Assembly: GCA_964515955.1 (NCBI GenBank)
Contig: CAZEZM010000018.1
Location: 1,933-65,932 of the forward strand
DNA from: an uncultured Flavipsychrobacter sp.
Lineage (GTDB): Bacteria; Bacteroidota; Bacteroidia; Chitinophagales; Chitinophagaceae
Direction of reading: 5' to 3'
Length of the DNA: 64,000 nt
In this document: in pieces, positions 48,798 through 59,651 of the stretch
How positions within the stretch are numbered: position 1 is the first letter of the stretch
Layout of the letters: each line of letters opens with the position of its first letter
Program-made: the position numbers and the translations under genes
Notes under the pieces: model-generated
Databases searched by the model: none
Seen by the model: the letters and a program-made list of their open reading frames with translations, nothing else
Told to the model about the DNA's origin: nothing

Positions 48798-49583
48798 ATG
48801 GATTTGAACCTGGTGGGTAAAAGGGCCCTGGTGGCCGGCAGTACGCAGGGCATAGGTTTTGCCAGTGCGGCGGAGTTAGCGGCATTAGGTGCTAGTTGTA
48901 CGCTGATAGCCCGTAACGAAGATGCATTGAAGGCGGCAATAGGCAAACTGGATAGCTCCAAAGGGCAGGTACATGATTATTTAGTAGCCGATTTCAGCAA
49001 GCCGGAGCAGGTGAGGGAGGTAATAAACGCCTTTGTAACCGATAACACTGTACATATATTAGTGAACAACAGTGGCGGCCCGGCAGCGGGGCAGGGTATA
49101 GATGCGGCGGTAGAGCAGTTTGAAGCCGCTTTTCAGCAGCACCTGGTATGCAACCATATACTGGCCACAGCGGTGGTGCCCGGCATGAAGGCAGCTGGCT
49201 ACGGGCGTATCATCAATATCATTTCTACTTCGGTAAAGATACCGTTGAAGGGGCTGGGGGTCTCCAATACCATACGCGGGGCGGTGGCATCGTGGGCCAA
49301 AACATTGTCTAATGAGCTGGGAAAATTCGGCATAACGGTGAATAACGTGCTGCCCGGCGCTACAGGCACAGCCCGGCTGGAGAGCATTATCAACAACAAA
49401 TCGTCCAAAGCCGGTGTGAGCAAAGAGTCTATAGAACATGAAATGCTGGAGGAAATACCTGCAGGGCGCTTCGGCCAGCCGGAAGAGATAGCAGCCATGG
49501 TGGCGTTTTTAGCCTCGCCGGCGGCAGCTTACGTAAATGGTACCAGCATACCTGTGGATGGGGGGCGTACCGGTTCAATTTAA
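48798..49583 (+). CDS. SDR family oxidoreductase (FabG-like)
   Basis: VAGSTQGIGFA Rossmann motif, NNSGG, RIINIISTS, and a PG..T...... C-terminal pattern. 261 aa. Confidence 0.85.
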   Translation: MDLNLVGKRALVAGSTQGIGFASAAELAALGASCTLIARNEDALKAAIGKLDSSKGQVHDYLVADFSKPEQVREVINAFVTDNTVHILVNNSGGPAAGQGIDAAVEQFEAAFQQHLVCNHILATAVVPGMKAAGYGRIINIISTSVKIPLKGLGVSNTIRGAVASWAKTLSNELGKFGITVNNVLPGATGTARLESIINNKSSKAGVSKESIEHEMLEEIPAGRFGQPEEIAAMVAFLASPAAAYVNGTSIPVDGGRTGSI

Positions 49584-49859
49584 AACGGGATTAAAATCAT
49601 TTGATATACAGACTGTGGTTTTTTTGTCACGGTAGATGAAAAGTTTTGTTAATATAAAATGTTTTTTAGCCCTGACAAAAAAATGACAAAGACACATTGT
49701 CAGAATTAAAATATCCCATGAAACCCTTGCCAGGCTTGATAAACATTTTTTAACAAATGTGTATAAACTTTGCTTATTGTGTTGTAGTTTTGCCCACACT
49801 TTGTCAAAAAGGAACGTTAATTTTCAAACTTATTATACGTGTCAGAATCAATTAAGCCG

Positions 49860-51110
49860 ATGTTCCGGAAAATTGCTCACAGCACTTTCGCTATAATCGT
49901 TGCAGTTTTTGCATTTATCAGCACTGCGTATGCACAGCCGGATGGTAAAGCATTGTTCCAGTCTAACTGTGCCAGTTGTCACAACCCGATAAAGGAATCG
50001 ACAGGCCCTGCCCTGCAAGGGGTATCGGCCCGTGTGCCCAGCAAAGAGTGGCTGCACAACTGGGTGAAAAACTCTGCATCGCTGATAGCGTCGGGAGATA
50101 AGTATGCCAACGAGGTGTACAAAAAATGGGGTATGACTGCCATGACCCCCTTCCCCAACCTGAGCAACGAGGAAATTGACGCTATTATTGACTACGTAGA
50201 AACGTATCAGCCACCCACAACTGCTGCACCTGTAGCCGGCGCTGCTGCCGAGGGGGCAGCGGAAGAGAATACCTGGCTATATACCATTATAACCTTGGTA
50301 TTGCTGGTGTTCACCATCATCCTGTGGCGCATCAACCATGCCCTGCGCAGGGTAGCCAACGAGAAAGAAGGCATCACCAACCATAAAGATCTGCCCATTT
50401 ACCGCAATAAAGTATTCATTGCCATAGCTGCTATACTGATATTTATAGGTGCGGGCTACTGGGTGGTGAATGGTTCGGTAGAAATGGGCCGCCAGGAAAA
50501 CTACATTCCTGAGCAACCGATATTCTACTCGCACAAGGTGCACGCCGGTATCAACCAGATCAACTGTTTGTACTGCCACGCCGGTGCCGAAAAGAGCAAG
50601 CACGCCATGATACCATCTACCAACGTGTGTATGAACTGCCACAAGCAGATAAACGAATACACCGGCGACCCGCTGTACACAATGGAGGGCGAAGAAGTAG
50701 ACGGTACCAAAGAGATACACAAACTGTATGAATACGCCGGCTGGAACCCTGAAAAGAAAGATTACAACCGCGACGCGGAGGGCAATATCCTGGCCAAGCC
50801 TATAGAATGGGTGAAAATCCACAACCTGCCCGACCACGTTTACTTCAACCACTCGCAGCACGTAGCTGTAGGCGAAGTAGCTTGCCAGCGCTGCCACGGC
50901 GGCATCCAGGAAATGGATGAAGTGTACCAGTTCTCATCGCTGAGCATGGGCTGGTGTGTCAACTGCCACCGCGAGACGGAAGTACAATTCGCAGATAACA
51001 ACTATTACAGCATTTTTGAAAAATACCACGAGGAAATCAAATCAGGCAAACGCACGGGCGTTACTGTTCATGACATAGGTGGTACTGAATGCCAGAAATG
51101 CCACTATTAA
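49860..51110 (+). CDS. actA: alternative complex III subunit ActA, multihaem cytochrome c
   Basis: Six CxxCH motifs (CASCH, CLYCH, CMNCH, CQRCH, CVNCH, CQKCH), a signal peptide and an internal TM helix. It is the first gene of the act cluster. ATG at 49860; the track ORF starts at GTG 49839. Confidence 0.85.
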   Translation: MFRKIAHSTFAIIVAVFAFISTAYAQPDGKALFQSNCASCHNPIKESTGPALQGVSARVPSKEWLHNWVKNSASLIASGDKYANEVYKKWGMTAMTPFPNLSNEEIDAIIDYVETYQPPTTAAPVAGAAAEGAAEENTWLYTIITLVLLVFTIILWRINHALRRVANEKEGITNHKDLPIYRNKVFIAIAAILIFIGAGYWVVNGSVEMGRQENYIPEQPIFYSHKVHAGINQINCLYCHAGAEKSKHAMIPSTNVCMNCHKQINEYTGDPLYTMEGEEVDGTKEIHKLYEYAGWNPEKKDYNRDAEGNILAKPIEWVKIHNLPDHVYFNHSQHVAVGEVACQRCHGGIQEMDEVYQFSSLSMGWCVNCHRETEVQFADNNYYSIFEKYHEEIKSGKRTGVTVHDIGGTECQKCHY

Positions 51111-51177
51111 TAGTAATTGTAGTTTGATTTTAACATAAAAATTATTCGGAAACTTTAATTATACCGAATCAAGCCAT

Positions 51178-54100
51178 ATGAGTCAAAAACAATATTGGAA
51201 GGGCCTGGAAGAACTGAAAGATACCGCCGCTCATCAAGAGGTGGTAGCAAATGAGTTCAAAGAAGATTTGCCGTTCGACCTGAGTGGTAAACTGCTGGAC
51301 GCAAACACGCCCCGCCGCGACTTTTTGAAATTCTTAGGATTCAGTACAGCCGCTGCTACACTGGCCGCCAGTTGCGAAATGCCGGTACGCAAGGCTATAC
51401 CTTATGCTATCAAACCCGAGGAAATCATTCCCGGTGTGCCTAATTACTATGCATCTACGTTTGCAGATGGTGGTGATTACTGCGCGATAGTGATAAAAAC
51501 ACGCGACGGTCGCCCTATAAAAGTAGAGGGCAACCCCAAGTCGTCTATTACACAAGGCGGTAGCTCTGCACGTATGCAGGCATCCGTGCTCAACCTGTAT
51601 GATACAGCCCGCCTGCGCCAGCCTTATGCTGAGGGTAAAGAAGCCACATTCGAGGCTATTGACCGTATGGTGAAAAACGGACTGGCCGGCACAACAGGTG
51701 CGACTTACCTGTTGACATCTACCATCATCAGCCCAACTACCAAAGATGTAATAGCCCAATTCTTAGCTAAATATCCTAATGCGAAGCATATAGTGCACGA
51801 CCCGATTTCTTACTCGGGCATGCTGCTGGCCAACGAAGCCAGCTATGGTAAGCGCGCATTACCTTCATACCATTTTGATAAAGCACAAACCATCGTGAGC
51901 CTGGACGCAGACTTCCTGGGTACATGGTTGTCGCCGGTTGAGTTTGCCAAGCAATACAGCAAAGGCCGCAAAATCAGCGCTAAAAACCCGGTATTGTCCA
52001 GGCACTACCAGGTAGAGCCTACGCACACTATTACCGGTGCCAAGGCCGATATGCGTGCTACCTGCCGCCCTTCGCAGATGGGCCGCGTAGCTGCAGCATT
52101 GTACCAGGCAGTAGTAAACGGTACTAAAGCCAGCCTGGGCAGCGACAAGTTGAACGAAACCATCAACAAGGCCGCTGCCGACCTGAAAAAAGGTAACGGA
52201 CTGGTAGTATGTGGTTCAAACGATATGGATGTACAGTTGATAGTGAACGCTATCAACGCTAATATAGGTGCTAACGGCACTACCATCAACTGGGCGGTGA
52301 CCAGCAACTACAAGCAGGGCATCGACTCTGACATGGTTGCCCTGACACAGGCTATGAATGCGGGCAGCGTAGGCGCCCTGCTGATACATGGCGTTAACCC
52401 CGTGTACGATTACTTCGACGGCGCTAAGTTTGCCGAAGGATTGAAGAAAGTAGCTGTAACTGTTTCCTTTGCCGACCGCATGGACGAAACTGCACAGCAA
52501 TGCAAATACGTGGTTCCAGACCATCACTACCTGGAAAGCTGGGGCGATGCTGAACCTAAAACAGGATATTACAGCCTGCAGCAGCCGGGTATAGCGCCGT
52601 TGTTCAAAACGCGCGCCTTCCAGGATAGCCTGTTGACATGGGCCGATGCCGGTACTACATACGGCGACTACTGGATGTCTTACTGGACTGCCAAACTGGG
52701 TGGGCAAACCAACCTGGACAAAGCACTGCAGGATGGCGTAATAGAGCCCGCAGGCGAAATGCCTATGGGCGGTGTATCTTTCAGCGGCAATGCTGACGGC
52801 GCTATGTCTGTAGCATTGTCTGCCAAAGCGCCGGAAGGTAAGGAACTGGTAGTGTACCAGAAAATATCTATCGGGTATGGCGGTGCATGGAGTAACAACC
52901 CATGGCTGCAGGAAATGCCCGACCCCATAACCAAAGGTACATGGGACAACTACCTCTGCGTTTCCCCAAAAACTGCGAAGGAATGGGACGAAGAGCTGAC
53001 CAGCATTACTGAAGTAGTGAGCGCCAAACGCGTAGTAAAAGTAACTGCTGCTAATGGCCAGGTGGTAGAGCTGCCGATAGTGGTGGTGCCCGGCCTGCAC
53101 AACGATGTAGTGGCTATGGCGGTGGGTTATGGCCGCGATGCCAAAGTAGGTATGGCTGCCCGCAGTGGTACTGACAAATTCGGTAAAGAAATAGGCGGTA
53201 AAAACGCTTATCCGTTCATCAGCTTCAATGGTAAAACATTCTCTTACAGCACGCCTGTGACTATAGAGAAAACTGATAAAACATACGACGTAGCTATCAC
53301 ACAAACACACCATAGCTACGAAGGCCGCCCTATTATACACGAATACACGCTGGATGAGTTCAAAAAGGACCCCGCGCACCTGCTGAACAAGCGTAAAACT
53401 GAATTAGAACATTATACACACCTGCCCTGGGAGCACGAGGGTGGCGAACATGGTGCTGCTGCCGCAGTAGCTGCCGGTGCACATGGCGAAGCCGCTGCCC
53501 ATGGCGATAAAACTGCCTGGGAGGAAGATTTCCGTAAGAACGGTACACTGTACCCTGTTCACGAGAAGCCCGGTATACAGTGGGGCATGTCTATCGACCT
53601 GACCAGCTGTATCGGATGCGGCGCCTGCGTGGTAGGTTGCCAGGCAGAGAACAATATATCTGTAGTAGGTAAAACACACGTACTGAAAGCGCAGGAAATG
53701 CACTGGATACGTATCGACCGTTACTTCAGCGGTATGCCTGAAGACCCCGATACTATACAGACCGTGTTCCAGCCTATGATGTGCCAGCACTGCGACAACG
53801 CACCTTGCGAAAACGTTTGCCCGGTAAATGCTACCAACCACAGCAGCGAAGGCCTGAACCAGATGGCTTATAACCGTTGTATCGGTACTAAATACTGCGC
53901 TAACAACTGTCCTTATAAAGTACGTCACTTCAACTGGATGGACTGGAACGGTGCTGACAGCTTTGAAGGTAACCTGTACGAAGACTACCGCCGCGACGAA
54001 ATGAACAGCGACCTGACACGCATGGTGCTGAACCCTGACGTGACAGTACGTAGCCGTGGTGTGATGGAGAAGTGCAGCTTCTGCGTACAACGCCTGCAGG

Positions 54101-54390
54101 AAGCTAAACTGAATGCGAAGAAAGCCGGACGCCCGGTGGCCGATGGCGAAGCCCGTACGGCTTGCCAAACTGCTTGCCCTACCGATGCAATAGTATTTGG
54201 TAACGTAGCTGACAAACACAGTGCGATATACAAACTGCGTAAAGAAGAACAGGCTGAACGTGTGAACTATGTATTGGAGTCGATACATACACTGCCTAAC
54301 GTTAACTACCTGTCAGTAATCCGTAATACGGATGAGATAGTAGCCGGCGATGCGGAAAAAGATAAATTGATGAACCCGATAGTATTTTAA
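51178..54390 (+). CDS. actB: alternative complex III subunit ActB (molybdopterin-oxidoreductase-like + 4Fe-4S domains)
   Basis: Tat motif RRDFLKFLGF, a large MopB-like half, and ferredoxin motifs CIGCGACVVGC, CQHCDNAPCENVCP and CIGTKYCANNCP. Confidence 0.9.
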   Translation: MSQKQYWKGLEELKDTAAHQEVVANEFKEDLPFDLSGKLLDANTPRRDFLKFLGFSTAAATLAASCEMPVRKAIPYAIKPEEIIPGVPNYYASTFADGGDYCAIVIKTRDGRPIKVEGNPKSSITQGGSSARMQASVLNLYDTARLRQPYAEGKEATFEAIDRMVKNGLAGTTGATYLLTSTIISPTTKDVIAQFLAKYPNAKHIVHDPISYSGMLLANEASYGKRALPSYHFDKAQTIVSLDADFLGTWLSPVEFAKQYSKGRKISAKNPVLSRHYQVEPTHTITGAKADMRATCRPSQMGRVAAALYQAVVNGTKASLGSDKLNETINKAAADLKKGNGLVVCGSNDMDVQLIVNAINANIGANGTTINWAVTSNYKQGIDSDMVALTQAMNAGSVGALLIHGVNPVYDYFDGAKFAEGLKKVAVTVSFADRMDETAQQCKYVVPDHHYLESWGDAEPKTGYYSLQQPGIAPLFKTRAFQDSLLTWADAGTTYGDYWMSYWTAKLGGQTNLDKALQDGVIEPAGEMPMGGVSFSGNADGAMSVALSAKAPEGKELVVYQKISIGYGGAWSNNPWLQEMPDPITKGTWDNYLCVSPKTAKEWDEELTSITEVVSAKRVVKVTAANGQVVELPIVVVPGLHNDVVAMAVGYGRDAKVGMAARSGTDKFGKEIGGKNAYPFISFNGKTFSYSTPVTIEKTDKTYDVAITQTHHSYEGRPIIHEYTLDEFKKDPAHLLNKRKTELEHYTHLPWEHEGGEHGAAAAVAAGAHGEAAAHGDKTAWEEDFRKNGTLYPVHEKPGIQWGMSIDLTSCIGCGACVVGCQAENNISVVGKTHVLKAQEMHWIRIDRYFSGMPEDPDTIQTVFQPMMCQHCDNAPCENVCPVNATNHSSEGLNQMAYNRCIGTKYCANNCPYKVRHFNWMDWNGADSFEGNLYEDYRRDEMNSDLTRMVLNPDVTVRSRGVMEKCSFCVQRLQEAKLNAKKAGRPVADGEARTACQTACPTDAIVFGNVADKHSAIYKLRKEEQAERVNYVLESIHTLPNVNYLSVIRNTDEIVAGDAEKDKLMNPIVF

Positions 54391-54454
54391 GGGTGTCATA
54401 GATAAAGCGAGAGCTGATAAATAATATTAAAAGAACTATTACTAATAACGTGCT

Positions 54455-55885
54455 ATGCATTTGAAGTACGAATCGTTTGTAAGGGAGCCGCTGGTAGATG
54501 GTGAGAAGACCTATCACCAGGTAACGGAAGATATTGTTCGTCCGATAGAGCAGAAACCGGGCCGTATGTGGTACGTAGGATTCTTCTTTTCGGTGGCCCT
54601 CCTGGCTTTCGGAGTATTCTCAGTATTCTGGGAGGTTTATTTCGGTATAGGTGTGTGGGGTATCAACCGCACCGTGGGTTGGGGATGGGATATCACCAAC
54701 TTCGTATGGTGGGTAGGTATCGGTCACGCCGGAACACTGATATCGGCGATATTGCTGCTCTTCCGCCAGGGCTGGCGTACAGGTGTGAACCGCGCCGCTG
54801 AAGCGATGACTATATTCGCGGTAATGTGTGCGGGGCAGTTCCCCATCTTCCACATGGGTCGTGTATGGAACGCCTTTTATGTATTGCCTTACCCCAACAC
54901 GCGTGGTGCCCTGTGGCCCAACTTCAACTCGGCGCTGATGTGGGACGTATTTGCGATATCTACTTACTTCACTGTATCATTACTGTTCTGGTATTCGGGC
55001 CTTATTCCTGACTTTGCAACAGTGCGCGACCGTGCAAAAACCAAATTTCGCAAGCGCATGTATGGTTTGGCCTCTTTCGGCTGGACGGGTACTGCTAAAA
55101 ACTGGCAGCGCCACGAGGCACTCTCACTGGTACTGGCAGGTTTGAGTACGCCACTGGTACTTTCAGTACACACGATAGTATCTTTCGACTTCGCCACTTC
55201 GGTAATACCGGGCTGGCACACTACCATCTTCCCGCCATACTTCGTTGCGGGTGCGATATTCTCCGGCTTCGCCATGGTGCAGACGCTGTTGATTGTCTGC
55301 CGCAAAATCATGGGGCTGGAAGATTATATCACTGTAGGCCATATTGAGGCGATGAACAAAGTAATCGTACTTACCGGCTCTATAGTAGGTGTTGCCTACC
55401 TTACTGAGCTGTTCATGGCATGGTACAGTGGCGTGGTATACGAGCAGGCCGCTTTCCACTGGCGTATATTCGGCCCATACTGGTGGAGCTATTGGGCGAT
55501 GATGACCTGTAACGTGGTGTCTCCCCAGTTGTTCTGGTTCAAGAAACTGCGCCGTAATATTCCGTTTACCTTCTTTATGTCTATCATAGTGAATATAGGT
55601 ATGTGGTTCGAGCGTTTCGTAATCATCGTTACTTCTCTGTACCGCGATTACCTGCCCGGTAGCTGGACATACTACAGCCCCACATGGCCTGAAATAGGTT
55701 TCTACCTGGGTACATTCGGATTGTTCTTCACCTGCTTCTTCCTGTTCGCCAAATACTTCCCTGTAATTGCAATAGCAGAGATTAAGTTCGTGTTGAAGAC
55801 ATCAGGAGAAAGCTACAAGAAGAAAATGGAAGTAATACATGAGAAGAGCACGGAGGAATTTGTGCACGAGCAGGCTCATCACTAA
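54455..55885 (+). CDS. actC: alternative complex III subunit ActC (NrfD/PsrC-like quinol-interacting membrane subunit)
   Basis: 476-aa polytopic protein immediately after actB, with an NrfD-like helix pattern. Confidence 0.85.
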   Translation: MHLKYESFVREPLVDGEKTYHQVTEDIVRPIEQKPGRMWYVGFFFSVALLAFGVFSVFWEVYFGIGVWGINRTVGWGWDITNFVWWVGIGHAGTLISAILLLFRQGWRTGVNRAAEAMTIFAVMCAGQFPIFHMGRVWNAFYVLPYPNTRGALWPNFNSALMWDVFAISTYFTVSLLFWYSGLIPDFATVRDRAKTKFRKRMYGLASFGWTGTAKNWQRHEALSLVLAGLSTPLVLSVHTIVSFDFATSVIPGWHTTIFPPYFVAGAIFSGFAMVQTLLIVCRKIMGLEDYITVGHIEAMNKVIVLTGSIVGVAYLTELFMAWYSGVVYEQAAFHWRIFGPYWWSYWAMMTCNVVSPQLFWFKKLRRNIPFTFFMSIIVNIGMWFERFVIIVTSLYRDYLPGSWTYYSPTWPEIGFYLGTFGLFFTCFFLFAKYFPVIAIAEIKFVLKTSGESYKKKMEVIHEKSTEEFVHEQAHH

Positions 55886-55989
55886 AAATGAAACAACAAC
55901 GCAATTAGACAAGTTGTCAGTTGCACGAAATGAAAAATAGTTTTGAAAATTGCCGCATAGGCTAATTATCAAATTGAATAAATAAGAAG

Positions 55990-56574
55990 ATGGCTATAAA
56001 AAAATTCGCGGTTGGGTGTTATGACGACGAAGCGGTACTGTTTCCAGCAGTGGAGAAAGTACGCAACAGCGGTTACAAGCTGCACGATGTGTACACACCA
56101 TTTCCTGTGCATGGCTTAGACAAAGCCCTGGGCCACAAGGATACAGACCTGCACGTGGCCGGTTTTATCTACGGTATCACCGGTACGGCAACGGCGTTGG
56201 GTTTCATGGGTTGGATTTTTACCAGCGACTGGCCGACCAACTTTGGCGGTAAGCCCCACTTTGCCCTGCCTGCGTTCATACCTATTACGTTCGAAACGAC
56301 GGTATTGTTTGCAGCTGTAGGTATGGTGCTTACTTTCTGCTACCTCAACCAGATAATGCCCGGCGTTAAGAAACACGTTTTCCACCCGCGCCAGACAGAC
56401 GACCTGTTTGTGGTAGTGCTGGAGCTGAATGAGCATGTGTCTGAGCAGGAAGCTATTGATTTTCTGAAGTCGACCGGCGCTATAGAAACCAAAGTGGAAA
56501 TGGCGGAGAGCGAATGGTGGTACGGACGTTTTGACAAAGAAGAGGAATACGAAAAACTGAACGCGACAGTATAA
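55990..56574 (+). CDS. actD: alternative complex III subunit ActD (DUF3341-like)
   Basis: 194 aa with two central TM helices. Assigned by position within the act operon. Confidence 0.75.
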   Translation: MAIKKFAVGCYDDEAVLFPAVEKVRNSGYKLHDVYTPFPVHGLDKALGHKDTDLHVAGFIYGITGTATALGFMGWIFTSDWPTNFGGKPHFALPAFIPITFETTVLFAAVGMVLTFCYLNQIMPGVKKHVFHPRQTDDLFVVVLELNEHVSEQEAIDFLKSTGAIETKVEMAESEWWYGRFDKEEEYEKLNATV

Positions 56575-56610
56575 TTTAAAAGCTTTTTGAATAAAGAACT
56601 GAATTATTTT

Positions 56611-57270
56611 ATGAATAAGACCAAAGGCATAGTGATTGCATTTCTGGCGGTAGGGCTGGGCCTGGCGGCTTGCAACACTGGTGCAAAACGCCGCAATCCC
56701 GGTAAAACCTATGCGCCGGATATGACTTATTCGCAGGCGTACGATGCTTATACCCACAACCCCAACTTTGCTGATGGCGAAACCAGCCGTCTGCCGGTAG
56801 AAGGTACAGTGGCTATGGGGCACGAACTGCCCGACCACCTGGTAGAAGGTGATACCAATGCCTACAAAACATTCACTACCCACCTGCGTTTCAACGAGGC
56901 TGAGATGGCTGAGGGCGAACGACTGTACAATATCTATTGCGGTATATGCCATGGCGGAAAACTGGACGGACAAGGACCCCTGTATGTAAGCGGAAAATTT
57001 GCAGCTATGCCGGCTAACTTTAAAGATGCCAAATACCTGCACATGCCTTCGGGCACCATGTATGCGGCTATCAAGTTTGGTAAAAACGCGATGGGCTCAT
57101 ACGCCAGCCAGCTGGACATAAAACAACGTTGGATGGTGATAGCTTACATCAAGAAATTCCAGGCTGAAAACGGCGGTGATGCTTTTACATTAGGCGCTGC
57201 AACTGCTGACACAACAGCTACAGCCCATGCAACAGCGGTTACTGAAGAAAGTCATACTGACACACACTAA
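56611..57270 (+). CDS. actE: alternative complex III subunit ActE, monohaem lipoprotein cytochrome c
   Basis: Lipobox LGLAAC and a single CGICH haem motif. ATG at 56611; the track ORF starts at TTG 56587. Confidence 0.8.
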   Translation: MNKTKGIVIAFLAVGLGLAACNTGAKRRNPGKTYAPDMTYSQAYDAYTHNPNFADGETSRLPVEGTVAMGHELPDHLVEGDTNAYKTFTTHLRFNEAEMAEGERLYNIYCGICHGGKLDGQGPLYVSGKFAAMPANFKDAKYLHMPSGTMYAAIKFGKNAMGSYASQLDIKQRWMVIAYIKKFQAENGGDAFTLGAATADTTATAHATAVTEESHTDTH

Positions 57271-57305
57271 AAAAATTAATAAACGTACTTCTAATAGCAG
57301 ATACA

Positions 57306-58517
57306 ATGAACGAACGTTTTGAGCTTCCGGCAAGATTGAAAACAACTAGCATAGCACTGATGCTGGTTGGCCTGCTGGTACTTATAATAGGTGGAATAAC
57401 ATTATTGAGCGGGGATCATCACGCCCAAACCCGCTTCTGGATAGTGCTGTTGCAAACCAGTGTATTCTTCCTGATGATTACTGCCGCCAGTGTATTTATA
57501 CAGGCTGCAGCATCGTTGGCGCAGGGCGGCTGGATAGTGGCTTACAAAAGGGTACCGGAAGCAATAGGGCACAACGTATGGGTGTTTGGCGTAATTGCTG
57601 CTGTAATATTATTATTCATCGCATTCGGTTTGGATATTGACGGTCATAACCCTATTTATCACTGGGTGCACCCCGAAGGTGACAAGATACTTGAAGGCAA
57701 ATCCGCTTTCCTGAACAAGGGAATGTTTGCAGGCTTTACTATCGTAACCATCGCATTATGGGCTTTCTTCGGACGTAAATTCCGTGCTTTATCACTCGCA
57801 CAGGAAAAAGCGCCTAAGAACAGTACTAAAATATACTGGACCATGGTTAAATGGTCTGCAGGCTTCCTGCTGGTATATGCATTGACGCAAATGAGCACCA
57901 CCCCATGGATGTGGCTGATGAGCATTGACGCTCACTGGTACTCTACCATGTATAGCTGGTACACATTCGCCAGTGCGTTTGTAAGTGGTATGGCGGTAAT
58001 CCTGCTGTTCGTACTGTCGCTGAAAAACCATGGCTACCTGGAGCTGGTAACCAAAGAGCATACGCACGACCTCGGTAAGTTCATGTTTGCATTCAGCGTA
58101 TTCTGGACATACGTATGGTTTGCCCAGTACATGCTGATATGGTATGGTAACATTCCTGAGGAAACAACTTATTTTAAAATACGTCAACAAGGGCCTTACG
58201 GGCTGATATGGTATTCGGTGTTCATCATCAACTTTATCATGCCTATCCTGGTGCTGATGTCGCGCCCCAGCAAGCGTAACTACTTTACGGTTACCTTCAT
58301 GGCAATGGCTATTATTTTCGGCCACTGGCTCGACTTCTTCATCATGGCTATGCCTGGCCCTATGGGTGCCAACTGGTACCTGAGCTGGTATGAGCTGGGT
58401 ATATTTGCAGGGTTTGCGGGATTGTTGATGTTCGTAGTATATAATACTTTGACTAAAGCGTCATTAGTACCTGAAAACCATCCTTTGCTGAAAGAGGCAG
58501 TACTGCACGAAAGCTAA
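57306..58517 (+). CDS. actF: alternative complex III subunit ActF (membrane subunit)
   Basis: 403-aa polytopic protein. It is the last act gene before cox. Confidence 0.75.
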   Translation: MNERFELPARLKTTSIALMLVGLLVLIIGGITLLSGDHHAQTRFWIVLLQTSVFFLMITAASVFIQAAASLAQGGWIVAYKRVPEAIGHNVWVFGVIAAVILLFIAFGLDIDGHNPIYHWVHPEGDKILEGKSAFLNKGMFAGFTIVTIALWAFFGRKFRALSLAQEKAPKNSTKIYWTMVKWSAGFLLVYALTQMSTTPWMWLMSIDAHWYSTMYSWYTFASAFVSGMAVILLFVLSLKNHGYLELVTKEHTHDLGKFMFAFSVFWTYVWFAQYMLIWYGNIPEETTYFKIRQQGPYGLIWYSVFIINFIMPILVLMSRPSKRNYFTVTFMAMAIIFGHWLDFFIMAMPGPMGANWYLSWYELGIFAGFAGLLMFVVYNTLTKASLVPENHPLLKEAVLHES

Positions 58518-58571
58518 GGATACAAGAAGGAATTGAATATTATTTAAAAGAACTATTAAGATAAGCTGACC

Positions 58572-59615
58572 ATGTCGGGATTTATTTCAATATTTTTAAC
58601 GTGCCTGGTATTCTTTATAATATACCAGATCGCTAAGGCGAGCGAGTTAGCGGGGATACTGCGTGGCGAAGAGAAAACGAAAGCACAGACCAACCGTTTG
58701 ATGGCTTGGTTATTAGTAGTATTCTTCCTGTTGGGGTTGTATGGCATATGGCTGTGCAACGACTACCTGATAGATAAAATGTTGCCGGTATCTGCATCAG
58801 ACCACGGTGTGCAGTACGACAGCATGTTTAATATTACACTGCTGGTAACAGGTATCGTATTCTTCATTACACAAACAGCCCTGTTCTGGTTCGCATTCCG
58901 CTACCAGGCTTCAGAAAGCCGCAAAGCGACCTTCCTGGCGCACAACAACAAATTGGAAGTGATCTGGACAACTATACCTGCTATCGCGATGGCACTGCTG
59001 GTAATAGTAGGTTTGAAGAACTGGGGAACAATGACATCTGAAGCGCCTAAAGATGCTATGGTGGTAGAAGTAGTAGGAAAACAATTCAACTGGATTATCC
59101 GCTACCCCGGCAAAGATGGTGTTTTAGGTAAAAAGGATTTCCGCCTGACCAATGACGCTGACAATGTGCTGGGTATGGACTGGAACGATAAGAACAACCA
59201 CGATGATGTAGTACTGCAAAATGGTGAACTGCACCTGGTAAAGGGCAAGCCCGTAAAGCTCATCATCGGCTCGCGCGATGTGATACATGACGTAGGCCTG
59301 GCGCACTTCCGTATGAAGATGGATGCCGTACCGGGTATCATTACCACTATGTGGTTTACACCTACGGTTAGTACCAACGAAATGAAGGAAATTACGGGCA
59401 ACCCCGATTTCGTATATGAAATATCATGCGACCAGATGTGCGGTAAAGGCCACTACGCAATGCGTGGTACGGTGATTGTGCATACTGAAGCGGAATTCAA
59501 CGCGTGGATGAGGATGCAGCAACCTTACTATGCCGGCGACAAAGGCGCTGAAACAACAGAACCTGCGCAGCCCGAACAACAAACTGATAGTGTTAACGCA
59601 ATAACGATGAAGTAA
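58572..59615 (+). CDS. coxB: cytochrome c oxidase subunit II
   Basis: Two TM helices followed by the CuA site HDVGLAHF...CDQMCGKGHYAM. Confidence 0.9.
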   Translation: MSGFISIFLTCLVFFIIYQIAKASELAGILRGEEKTKAQTNRLMAWLLVVFFLLGLYGIWLCNDYLIDKMLPVSASDHGVQYDSMFNITLLVTGIVFFITQTALFWFAFRYQASESRKATFLAHNNKLEVIWTTIPAIAMALLVIVGLKNWGTMTSEAPKDAMVVEVVGKQFNWIIRYPGKDGVLGKKDFRLTNDADNVLGMDWNDKNNHDDVVLQNGELHLVKGKPVKLIIGSRDVIHDVGLAHFRMKMDAVPGIITTMWFTPTVSTNEMKEITGNPDFVYEISCDQMCGKGHYAMRGTVIVHTEAEFNAWMRMQQPYYAGDKGAETTEPAQPEQQTDSVNAITMK

Positions 59616-59651
59616 TCGTTCCGGAACGACGGGACAAAAAAAGTGCAAACA

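Noticed and set aside
49785-49792. TAGTTTTG, matching the Bacteroidota -7 promoter consensus TAnnTTTG upstream of actA
   Set aside because: The nearest TTTG upstream element is only about 12 nt away rather than the expected 19-21 nt. A single 8-mer match in an AT-rich region is not sufficient.
52216-54288. Long antisense ORFs (387 aa and 294 aa) inside actB
   Set aside because: They lie opposite a gene with clear Tat, MopB and Fe-S motifs. Their composition is dominated by V/A/H/Y/F from reverse-complemented codons, which is typical of shadow frames.
56116-57042. 308-aa antisense ORF spanning actD and actE
   Set aside because: It crosses an intergenic gap between two supported sense genes and has no motif. 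It is a shadow ORF.
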